Below are positions 32,904-40,268 of a stretch of 41,536 bases of DNA, in pieces; the first letter of the stretch is position 1, and each line of letters opens with the position of its first letter. Position numbers and translations under genes: made by a program. The notes below the pieces were generated by a model that was given only the letters and a program-made list of their open reading frames with translations, made no database searches and was not told where the DNA came from. The stretch comes from Candidatus Lloydbacteria bacterium RIFCSPLOWO2_02_FULL_54_12. GTDB taxonomy: Bacteria; Patescibacteriota; Minisyncoccia; Phycocordibacterales; UBA6899. The DNA lies in contig MHLS01000002.1 in assembly GCA_001819095.1 (NCBI GenBank), forward strand, positions 11,517-53,052, written 5' to 3'.

Positions 32904-34599
32904 AGGGAAGGGGACGGTCACGATCCATCCCTCGGATTACCTCACCAGCGGGGGCGAGGGCGAACTCTACCGCATCGGTGATACGGTAGTGAAACTCTAT
33001 ACCGACAAAGAAAAGATGCGCCGCGACGGAATGATCGCAAAGATCGCGCTCTTGCGCCCCCTGAAGCATCCGTCGGTTGTTGCACCTGCCGGCGTTGTCG
33101 CCTTGCCGACCGGGGAGCCCGTCGGTTTCCACATGCCGTATGTTTCGGGGGAACCGTTGTCGCGTCTTTTCACGAACGACTTTCGCCAGCGCGAGGGATT
33201 CACTCACGATATGACGAAGACTCTTGTCGAGCGGATGCGCGAGGCAGTCACCTTCGCTCACGACAAAGGAGCGGTGCTTGTCGACGCCAACGAGCTCAAT
33301 TGGCTTGCACGTGTGAAGGGCGCTGATGCGCCGATGCCTTACGTGATCGACGTTGACTCGTGGGCGATCGGCAAGTTCGGTGCCTCGGTCATCATGCCTT
33401 CGATCCGCGACTGGCACCGAGCCACCTTCGACCAAGGGAGCGACTGGTTCGCATGGGCGATTGTGACTTTCCAACTGTGGAGCGGCATCCATCCGTACAA
33501 AGGAAAGCTCGACGGGTACGGTCCCGGCGACCTTCTCGCGCGCATGAAAGCGAACAAGTCGGTTTTCACTTCCGGTGTCCGTCTCAATCGGGCGGTGCGG
33601 GATTTCCGCGTCATTCCGCCGCATCTTGCCCAGTGGTATGAAGCGACGTTCGAGTCCGGTTTGCGGGAACGACCGCCGTCCGCATTTGCGAGCGCTGTTG
33701 CTTTAGGTGGCGCGAAGACGGTGCTCTATGCGGTAACGACCGGAGCGGGGACGCTCGTGTTCGAGAAACTCTTCGACGAACCCTTGCGGCGCGTCGTCGG
33801 AGTTTGGCCCTCGGGGGTCCTCCGTTTGAAAGACGATTCGCTCGTCGAGCTTCGGACGAAGCGCACGATCAGTACCAACGCACCGCCAAGATGTGAGGTG
33901 GTGAAGGTGGAAGGCGGATGGCTTATCGCGCATGTTGAGAACGGTACACTCGCGGCGGAATACATCGCTCTAGCCACACTCCTTCCGACGAAGCTCACGC
34001 TCCCCATTGGCGCGCAAGGACTCTTTCGTTCGGGAGACCGACTTTTCGTCGTCACCCTACGGGGGATTACCGAGCTTACGCTCCGACTTTTCTCGAAGCC
34101 TGTGCTTGCGGTCGGTGGCACGTGGGCGGTGGCGACCAACTCGACTGCGTTTTTTGACGGCGTCGGTGTGAGCGACGTTCTGGGTGCGAAATTCCTCGTT
34201 CTTCCGTTCGGAGAAAGTGCATGCGCTCTTGTTCGTGCGCCGGAGCTTGATTCCGTGGCGGTCGTCAACGCGAAAGGCTTCGGGCGGTTCGTCGCGGCGA
34301 CTGTGCTCTCGAAAACGGGCGACTACAAGCTGCTCACGTTCACCTTCGACCGCGAGCACGGCGCTTACACATTCGCGGGACGGATCGTCGACTCGCCGGA
34401 ACTCAATATGGCGATACTTCCGAAAGGGGTCGCCGCGTCGATCGAGAACGACGGCGTGCTTTCGCTCACCGTCCCTACGGAAGGGCGCGTGGTCGAAGTT
34501 AGGGATAAGCACATCACGACCGACATGTTGCTCATGCGCATCGACGATCAGGTGCTTGCCGTTACAGGCGGCGCGCTCTCGAGCGTACGGATGCGGTAG
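32866..34599 (+). CDS. Ser/Thr protein kinase-like protein with a large beta-rich C-terminal domain (TerY-P triad component)
   Basis: The ATG at 32866 follows AAAGGAGGG. It has a glycine loop SGGEGELY, VVKLY (Lys) and HDKGAVLVDANELNWL (catalytic-loop-like). It overlaps the PP2C 3' end by 38 nt. Confidence 0.7.
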   Translation: MSALKQPRKLSLEGKGTVTIHPSDYLTSGGEGELYRIGDTVVKLYTDKEKMRRDGMIAKIALLRPLKHPSVVAPAGVVALPTGEPVGFHMPYVSGEPLSRLFTNDFRQREGFTHDMTKTLVERMREAVTFAHDKGAVLVDANELNWLARVKGADAPMPYVIDVDSWAIGKFGASVIMPSIRDWHRATFDQGSDWFAWAIVTFQLWSGIHPYKGKLDGYGPGDLLARMKANKSVFTSGVRLNRAVRDFRVIPPHLAQWYEATFESGLRERPPSAFASAVALGGAKTVLYAVTTGAGTLVFEKLFDEPLRRVVGVWPSGVLRLKDDSLVELRTKRTISTNAPPRCEVVKVEGGWLIAHVENGTLAAEYIALATLLPTKLTLPIGAQGLFRSGDRLFVVTLRGITELTLRLFSKPVLAVGGTWAVATNSTAFFDGVGVSDVLGAKFLVLPFGESACALVRAPELDSVAVVNAKGFGRFVAATVLSKTGDYKLLTFTFDREHGAYTFAGRIVDSPELNMAILPKGVAASIENDGVLSLTVPTEGRVVEVRDKHITTDMLLMRIDDQVLAVTGGALSSVRMR

Positions 34600-34610
34600 T
34601 GGTATCTAAT

Positions 34611-34635
34611 GGGGCGAGGAAACTCGCCCCTTTTT
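34611..34635 (+). terminator. Intrinsic terminator after the kinase gene
   Basis: Stem ggggcgag / ctcgcccc with loop gaaa, followed by T5. Confidence 0.8.
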
Positions 34636-34674
34636 GTTTTAAGTTTGGTGAGTTGTAACGCGTATGTGGTAATT

Positions 34675-34730
34675 CAAAGTACGAGGTCGAACCTTGAGGA
34701 ATGATTCTTAAGGTTCGACCTCGTACTTTG
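34675..34730. repeat. REP-like inverted repeat, family 1 (long copy)
   Basis: The 21-bp perfect arms are caaagtacgaggtcgaacctt / aaggttcgacctcgtactttg. The loop gaggaatgattct is similar to the loops at 38570 and 41448. Confidence 0.85.
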
Positions 34731-34769
34731 AGCGTCGCTTGAGCATATTTCACCAAACTTTTTATGCCG

Positions 34770-34799
34770 TTGACAGTAGTATTCCCTCCTGTTACTGTC
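34770..34799 (+). promoter_or_regulatory. Putative pncA promoter with an embedded inverted repeat
   Basis: TTGACA (34770-34775), 17-nt spacer, TACTGT (34793-34798). The inverted repeat is gacagta (34772-34778) / tactgtc (34793-34799). Confidence 0.4.
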
Positions 34800-34840
34800 T
34801 TCTGCAGTTGTTCGAATGAAATGAAAAGGAAAACAGAGCG

Positions 34841-35488
34841 ATGGATACAATCGACCGTATCGGAATAAACGGGAGCGACGCGCTTCTCGTGATCGATCTC
34901 CAGAACGATTTCATGCCGGGCGGCGCACTTGCCGTCCCTTACGGCAACGAAGTGGTTCCCGTGGCGAATGCGCTCATGAGACACTTTGCGAACGTCATTC
35001 TGACAGAGGACTGGCATCCGGCAGGCCACCTTTCTTTCGCGTCGTCTCATGCCGGCAAGGGAGTGTTTGAAACGATCGCACTTCCCTACGGCGACCAAGT
35101 GCTTTGGCCCGACCACTGCATCCAAGACTCGAAAGGCGCAGAATTGCACGCCGGACTCGAGACGTGGCGCGCACAGCTTATCGTTCGGAAGGGGTACCGT
35201 CCGCACGTCGACAGCTACTCCGCGTTCACCGAGGCGGACGGCAAGCCGACGGGACTCACCGGCTATCTTCGCGAGCGCGGTATCAGGCGCGTGTTCATGT
35301 GCGGCCTTGCGACGGATTATTGCGTCCTCTGGTCCGCGACCTCCGCACGCAAGGAACGTTTCGGTGTCATCGTCGTCGGGGACGCCTGCCGTGCGATCGA
35401 CCTCAACGGTTCGCTTGCGTCAGCGCGGAGTGAAATGGAAAAAGTCGGAGTGGGCATGACCCACTCTGGGGCCATCCTCGCGCCGTAA
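34841..35488 (+). CDS. pncA: Nicotinamidase/pyrazinamidase
   Basis: ALLVIDLQNDFMPGGALAV, EDWHPAGHLSFAS, WPDHCIQDSKGAEL and GLATDYCVLWSA are all canonical PncA motifs. Confidence 0.9.
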   Translation: MDTIDRIGINGSDALLVIDLQNDFMPGGALAVPYGNEVVPVANALMRHFANVILTEDWHPAGHLSFASSHAGKGVFETIALPYGDQVLWPDHCIQDSKGAELHAGLETWRAQLIVRKGYRPHVDSYSAFTEADGKPTGLTGYLRERGIRRVFMCGLATDYCVLWSATSARKERFGVIVVGDACRAIDLNGSLASARSEMEKVGVGMTHSGAILAP

Positions 35489-35591
35489 CTATTTTCGTCA
35501 AAGCCCGCGTTCAGCGGGTTTTTCTTTGCGCTCGACAACGGCCGGACGCTGTGATTGACTAGTGCCAGTTGTCACTTAAGGAGAGTATGAG

Positions 35592-36035
35592 ATGTCTGAC
35601 CCCGTTCAGGATTCACCCCAGAAGGCGTTGATCCACGGCATGGTGGCCGGACTTGTTTTCGGACTGCTGTTCGCCTATTTTCAAGGTCCGAAGGTGATAG
35701 CGGAGGTGCCCGCCGTCACGGTCATCGTCGGCAACCTCGCATTTGCCGCCATCTTTGCGTTCGCCTATTTCTTCTTTTTTCGCACCTCGGTCGCGAATGT
35801 GAAGGGAGATCCGAAGGGGCGGACCAAGTTCGCGGAGATCTATTTTCTCTGGATCGGCATGATCGTCGCGATGGAGAGCGTCAGGTTTTTCTTTGGCGCA
35901 TCGCTCGTCGACACCGCATCAACGGTCCTCTCGGTGGTCGTCGGCCTGTCCGTTTCCTACCGCAAGCTCTGCCAGATCTACCGGGCGGGAGGGGAAGGGG
36001 GCGGGGGAAACACTCCACAACCACCGTCGTCCTAA
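35592..36035 (+). CDS. Hypothetical membrane protein (about 4 TM helices)
   Basis: AAGGAGAG RBS. Hydrophobic segments run throughout, with a Gly/Pro-rich C-terminus. No family recognised. Confidence 0.55.
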   Translation: MSDPVQDSPQKALIHGMVAGLVFGLLFAYFQGPKVIAEVPAVTVIVGNLAFAAIFAFAYFFFFRTSVANVKGDPKGRTKFAEIYFLWIGMIVAMESVRFFFGASLVDTASTVLSVVVGLSVSYRKLCQIYRAGGEGGGGNTPQPPSS

Positions 36036-36046
36036 GTACAGCATCG

Positions 36047-36070
36047 AACGGCCGCCTCGGCCGTTTTTTT
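36047..36070 (+). terminator. Intrinsic terminator
   Basis: Stem aacggcc / ggccgtt followed by T7. Confidence 0.75.
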
Positions 36071-36096
36071 GTCCGCCCACTTGGGTTGGGCTTGCA

Positions 36097-36127
36097 CTCA
36101 CTTAGTGTATATGATACACTAAGTGAG
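36097..36127 (+). promoter_or_regulatory. Perfect 14+3+14 palindromic operator (copy B) upstream of pnuC-nadR-nadD
   Basis: The palindrome ctcacttagtgtat-atg-atacactaagtgag has TATGAT at its centre and a possible -35 TTGGGC 18 nt upstream. Confidence 0.6.
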
Positions 36128-36144
36128 TAGGAGGAGAGTGTGAG

Positions 36145-36231
36145 ATGAGATTATCAGTTATTTCACTTTATCTATGTCAGAATACTTTTCTGTGGGGACG
36201 ACACTATTTACCGTCTGGGGTTACCCGATGA
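36145..36231 (+). CDS. Possible 28-aa upstream ORF coupled to pnuC
   Basis: AGGAGG (36129-36134) lies 10 nt before the ATG at 36145. The ORF (MRLSVISLYLCQNTFLWGRHYLPSGVTR) ends in an ATGA overlap with the in-frame pnuC Met19 codon at 36228. Confidence 0.3.
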   Translation: MRLSVISLYLCQNTFLWGRHYLPSGVTR

Positions 36232-36860
36232 GCCCCATCGAATTCATCGGGACGGTATTCAACATCCTCTGCGTGTGGCTCATCGCGCGCAACAATATCT
36301 GGAATTGGCCGGTCGGGCTCGTCGGTACACTCCTTTTCGGTATGCTCTTTTGGCAGGTCGCGCTTTACTCGGATTTCTTCGAGCAGATATACTTCTTTGT
36401 TACGGGGATCTGGGGGTGGTGGCTCTGGCTTCGTCCGAGAGACGAAGAAGATAAGGCGAAGGGCGGACGTCGCATCGTCACCATTTCGGCGCGTGCCCGC
36501 CTTATTTATGTTTTTGCCATCGCGCTCGGGACGGTCGCTTTGGGTGCTTTGACCTTTAGACTTCCGGAACTCTTTCCCGTCCTTTTTCCCGAGCCGACGT
36601 CGTTCCCGTATCTCGACGCGTTCACCACGGTCATGAGTTTCGCGGCGACCATCCTCATCATGCGCAAGGAACTTGAGTGCTGGGCGCTCTGGATCATCGT
36701 CGACATCATCGGTATCGGTCTCTACTGGGCGAAGGACGTGAAACTCGTTGCGATACTTTACGTGATCTTCCTTGTGCTTGCGACACGAGGTCTTATCAAC
36801 TGGTACAGACTATGGAAGACGAACGCTCCCTTACCGGCCATAAGTGTCACGGCACAATGA
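36174..36860 (+). CDS. pnuC: Nicotinamide riboside transporter PnuC
   Basis: FNILCVWLIARNNIWNWPVG and a multi-TM profile are typical of PnuC. The start is ambiguous: the ATG at 36174 has no RBS, and the ATG at 36228 is coupled to the upstream ORF. Confidence 0.85.
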   Translation: MSEYFSVGTTLFTVWGYPMSPIEFIGTVFNILCVWLIARNNIWNWPVGLVGTLLFGMLFWQVALYSDFFEQIYFFVTGIWGWWLWLRPRDEEDKAKGGRRIVTISARARLIYVFAIALGTVALGALTFRLPELFPVLFPEPTSFPYLDAFTTVMSFAATILIMRKELECWALWIIVDIIGIGLYWAKDVKLVAILYVIFLVLATRGLINWYRLWKTNAPLPAISVTAQ

Positions 36861-37870
36861 AGACCGGTCTTGTCATCGGCAAATTCCTCCCGCCCCATCG
36901 GGGGCACCTGTATCTCATCGACGTTGCGCGTGCGCATTGTGACCGGTTGATCGTTGTCGTGTGCGACAGGGCGGGAGATGTTGTAGAGGCCCGTTCGCGT
37001 GCGGGGTGGTTGCGGGAACTCTATCCCGACGTCGATGTGCGCGTGGTGCCGGATATCGGTTTCGATGATGATTCCAAGAAGTGGGCAGCTTATACGGTGG
37101 AGTTCTTGGGTTTTGCGCCGGACATCGTCTTCACTTCCGAAGACTACGGCGAACCGTACGCGAAGTTTCTCGGTGCGGAGCATTACCTTGTCGACCACGA
37201 GCGCAAGGGTGTCTTTATGTCCGGAACGACAGTCCGTGCCGACGTGTCGAAAGCATGGTCCTATCTCCCTCCTCAAGTGCGGGTGCATTTCGTGCGTCGC
37301 GTTGCCGTCGTCGGTGCCGAGTCAACGGGGACAACGACCTTGGCGAGGGCACTTGCCGAGCGTTACGAAACGACGTGGGTTCCGGAGTACGGCAGGGAGT
37401 ACTCGGAAGAGAAGATGCGCCGCGGCGTTCTCGAGTGGAAGAGCGACGAATTCATCCACATTGCCGTGGAGCAGCTGCGGCGGGAGAATGAGGCGGCACG
37501 GAATGCGAAGCATCTCCTCGTCTGTGACACCGACGCATTTGCCACCACGCTGTGGCACGAGCGTTACATGGGTCTTCCGTCTGAAACGGTCGCACGCATT
37601 GCGGATCAGGTAGTGCACGACCTCTATATATTGACGGGTGACGAGATACCCTTCGTTCAAGACGGTTTCCGCGACGGTGAGCACATCCGCCACGGGATGC
37701 AACGGAGATTTTTTGAGGAATTGAAGCGCACTGGACGTCCGTATCTCCACGTGGAAGGTTCTCCCGAGGAGCGCCTTGCGGCGGCCTCGCGCGCCGTCGA
37801 CAAACTTTTGACGCTTCCCCACGGTCGCCGCCTCACACAGGCACATATCGACGAGTCTCTTGCGCGCTGA
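36857..37870 (+). CDS. nadR: NadR-type bifunctional NMN adenylyltransferase / ribosylnicotinamide kinase, without the HTH domain
   Basis: ATGA overlap with the pnuC stop. GKFLPPHRGHLYLI (GxFxPxHxGH) and MSGTTVR are present. The P-loop VVGAESTGTTTLARALA has Thr where the Walker A Lys is expected. No N-terminal HTH is present. Confidence 0.8.
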   Translation: MKTGLVIGKFLPPHRGHLYLIDVARAHCDRLIVVVCDRAGDVVEARSRAGWLRELYPDVDVRVVPDIGFDDDSKKWAAYTVEFLGFAPDIVFTSEDYGEPYAKFLGAEHYLVDHERKGVFMSGTTVRADVSKAWSYLPPQVRVHFVRRVAVVGAESTGTTTLARALAERYETTWVPEYGREYSEEKMRRGVLEWKSDEFIHIAVEQLRRENEAARNAKHLLVCDTDAFATTLWHERYMGLPSETVARIADQVVHDLYILTGDEIPFVQDGFRDGEHIRHGMQRRFFEELKRTGRPYLHVEGSPEERLAAASRAVDKLLTLPHGRRLTQAHIDESLAR

Positions 37871-37905
37871 TCTCATTCTTGGTGTACAGTAATAAGCATC
37901 GGCGT

Positions 37906-38550
37906 ATGCAAAGAAAAAGACGCATCGCAATAGCGGGGTCCGCGGCGAATCCAATCTCGCTCGGTCATGAGGAGTTCGCGGAAGCGCTGACACATTCCGG
38001 ACTTTTTGCTCTGGTGCTCTGGTTCCCGTCGGGGACCCGCACCGACAAGCCCGATCTTGCTTCTCCGGAAGATCGCGTGCATATGACCGAGATTGTCTTC
38101 AACGAAGCGTGGCGAACAGCACAGCCGACGGCATTTCGCATCGATCTGCGCGAGGCGTTCCGTCCGTCGATCCCGACGATACAACTCCTGCGCGAGATAC
38201 AACAAGAGCACATCGACGCCGAGATCGTCTTTGCGACCGGTGTTGACGTCCTCGCGCCGCGCAAGGAATACGGCAATCGCTCCGATGTTGAGCGCTATTG
38301 GGTCGAGGGAGAGAAACTCCTTTGCGACTGGACGTTCGCGGTATTTCCGCGCGAAGGGTATCCCCGTCCGGAAATTTTACAAAAAGAGGGGAAGCTCCCC
38401 GCGCATTTTTTGCTTCTTCCGCGTTCGGAGTCGCCGGCCGCGGGCATCTCGAGCACCGAGGTGAGGCGAAGGGTGAAAGCGGGGGAGTCTTTTGACGACC
38501 TCGTCCGTCCCGAGGTAGCGAAATATATCCGAGAACACGGGTTATATTGA
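37906..38550 (+). CDS. nadD: Nicotinate/nicotinamide mononucleotide adenylyltransferase (NadD-like)
   Basis: IAIAGSAANPISLGHEE (variant of GxFxPxHxGH, with SxGH) and ISSTEVRRRV (ISSTxxR). ATG at 37906; the tracked ORF starts at a TTG at 37879. Confidence 0.75.
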   Translation: MQRKRRIAIAGSAANPISLGHEEFAEALTHSGLFALVLWFPSGTRTDKPDLASPEDRVHMTEIVFNEAWRTAQPTAFRIDLREAFRPSIPTIQLLREIQQEHIDAEIVFATGVDVLAPRKEYGNRSDVERYWVEGEKLLCDWTFAVFPREGYPRPEILQKEGKLPAHFLLLPRSESPAAGISSTEVRRRVKAGESFDDLVRPEVAKYIREHGLY

Positions 38551-38602
38551 ACGTACAAGGTCGGACCTTGGGGATTAATTCTTAAGGTCCGACCTTGTAC
38601 GT
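38551..38602. repeat. REP-like inverted repeat, family 1 (long copy)
   Basis: The 19-bp perfect arms acgtacaaggtcggacctt / aaggtccgaccttgtacgt start directly after the nadD stop codon. The loop is ggggattaattctt. Confidence 0.85.
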
Positions 38603-38677
38603 TGAGGGGCCTGCCTTGCCTGCCTCGTGAGTAGCTGGAGTTCTGCGCGAGGTGGGCGGCTTTGTCTCCGCACGGGG

Positions 38678-38713
38678 TTGACAGGATTTATATAGTGTAT
38701 ATACTACACTAAG
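38678..38713 (+). promoter_or_regulatory. Promoter with palindromic operator (copy C) upstream of pncB
   Basis: TTGACA (38678-38683), 16-nt spacer, TATACT (38700-38705). The operator is tatagtgtat-ata-ctacactaag (38691-38713). Confidence 0.6.
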
Positions 38714-38823
38714 AAGCATGAGGGAGTTTCCGAGTCAGAAATTGACATATCACGATGTCTGTGGTAGTTAACGTCTAGCCTTGTGCGTTGTTTTTGGTCT
38801 TTGAGTTCTTTGAGGAGAAGGTG

Positions 38824-40164
38824 ATGACCGCGTTCCTGAATACTCCCGTAAGTGAGGGTCCACCCAACCGCTCCGTGGTGGATGACGACATTTACAAGTT
38901 CATCATGTTGCAGTTCATTCTGCGCTTCTATCCGGACGTGCAGGTGAAGTTTTCGCTCATCAATCGCGACAAGAAGATCCCGCTTGGAGACGTTGTCTCC
39001 GAGCACGAACTTCGCGCCGCGTTTGACCATGCCCGTACATTGCGTTTTGGCCCGCGCGTCAAAGACACCAACATTGCGTACATGCGGGGCATGCGCATGC
39101 ATCAGCAGGTGATGTTTGACGAGCCATACTTCGAATTCCTCGAACACTTCGAGCTTCCGCCGTACGAACTTTCGCGTGTGGGAAACCAGTATGCGATGAG
39201 CTCCTCGGGGCCGTGGTCGAGGGCGACGTTCTGGGAAATTCGGATGATGCAGATCCCCGTGGAGTTGTATTACCGCGAACTGATGCGTCGCATGACACCC
39301 ATCGAGCGCGAGGTGCTTTATAGCCGGGCGACCGACCGTATCTACAAGGAGCTTTCGAAGCTCTCGAACTCGAAGTACAAACCCAAGGTGGTGAACTTCG
39401 GCACACGCCGTCGCCACAGCTTCCTCTGGGAAAAGTTCGTCACTGCGATGTGCAAGGAAGTGCTCGGCGACCAACTCATCGGCACGTCGAACATCTGGAT
39501 GGCACATCACTTCAATCTCGTTCCCATGGGTACGAACGCCCACGAACTTCCGATGGTGGCGACCGCGATCGCGAAGGGTGATGACGCCAAGCGGAGAGCG
39601 CAGTATCAGGTGCTCGAGCAGTGGCAGAAACTGTACGGAGTCTTTTTGCGCATCTGCCTCCCTGATACGTTCGGAACGAAGCAGTTCCTCGCGAACGCAC
39701 CGGAGTGGCTCGCCGACTGGCGTGGCTTCCGCGACGACTCGGGCGATACCTTCGAGAACATCGAGGGGTACATCGACTGGTATAAGGAGCGGGGGATACT
39801 CAAGCCGAAGGAGGCGGGTAAGATAGTTATTCCGAGCGACGGAGAAAACGCGGACCACGCCCTAAAAGTCTGTGAAGCGTTCGATGAACACATCAACCTT
39901 TCCTTCGGTATCGGTCCGAATCTCACCAATGCATTCTTCGGATGCCATCCGACCCCCGACAAGAAGGTGCCCGGCCTCGACGTCACCTGGGCCGAAGCGT
40001 TTCGCCCCTTCTCCATCGTTGCGAAGGTCGAAGAGGCGGACGGAAATCCTGTCGTTAAGCTCTCGAACAACATCACGAAAGCGACCGGCCCAAAAGATGC
40101 GGTTGCCGAGAGCGTGAGGATCTTCGGTGGGGAAGGCCGGATCAAGCAAAGAGTTGTTGTGTAG
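38824..40164 (+). CDS. pncB: Nicotinate phosphoribosyltransferase
   Basis: GAGGAG RBS before the ATG at 38824. DDDIYKFIMLQF, NFGTRRRHS and PMGTNAHELPM are PncB hallmarks. Confidence 0.85.
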   Translation: MTAFLNTPVSEGPPNRSVVDDDIYKFIMLQFILRFYPDVQVKFSLINRDKKIPLGDVVSEHELRAAFDHARTLRFGPRVKDTNIAYMRGMRMHQQVMFDEPYFEFLEHFELPPYELSRVGNQYAMSSSGPWSRATFWEIRMMQIPVELYYRELMRRMTPIEREVLYSRATDRIYKELSKLSNSKYKPKVVNFGTRRRHSFLWEKFVTAMCKEVLGDQLIGTSNIWMAHHFNLVPMGTNAHELPMVATAIAKGDDAKRRAQYQVLEQWQKLYGVFLRICLPDTFGTKQFLANAPEWLADWRGFRDDSGDTFENIEGYIDWYKERGILKPKEAGKIVIPSDGENADHALKVCEAFDEHINLSFGIGPNLTNAFFGCHPTPDKKVPGLDVTWAEAFRPFSIVAKVEEADGNPVVKLSNNITKATGPKDAVAESVRIFGGEGRIKQRVVV

Positions 40165-40212
40165 TTGTTTTTGGCGGAAGGGATGTCCTTCCTTCCGCCC
40201 ATTCATTCAGTC
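40165..40212. repeat. Hairpin repeat, family 2 (copy 1)
   Basis: The sequence ttgtttttGGCGGAAGGgatgtccttCCTTCCGCCcattcattcagtc lies directly after the pncB stop. It has the same architecture as the copy at 41359. Confidence 0.8.
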
Positions 40213-40268
40213 TCGCACCGTGGTGGTGAGTGACTGAACAAATGGGTTCTTTTAAAAGGGAATAGCAA

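Noticed and set aside
32836-33624. 262-aa minus-strand ORF
   Set aside because: It is antisense to the kinase gene. It is Arg-rich and shows no recognisable domain.
38704-39858. 384-aa minus-strand ORF
   Set aside because: It is antisense to pncB, which has canonical motifs and a good RBS. It is a shadow ORF.
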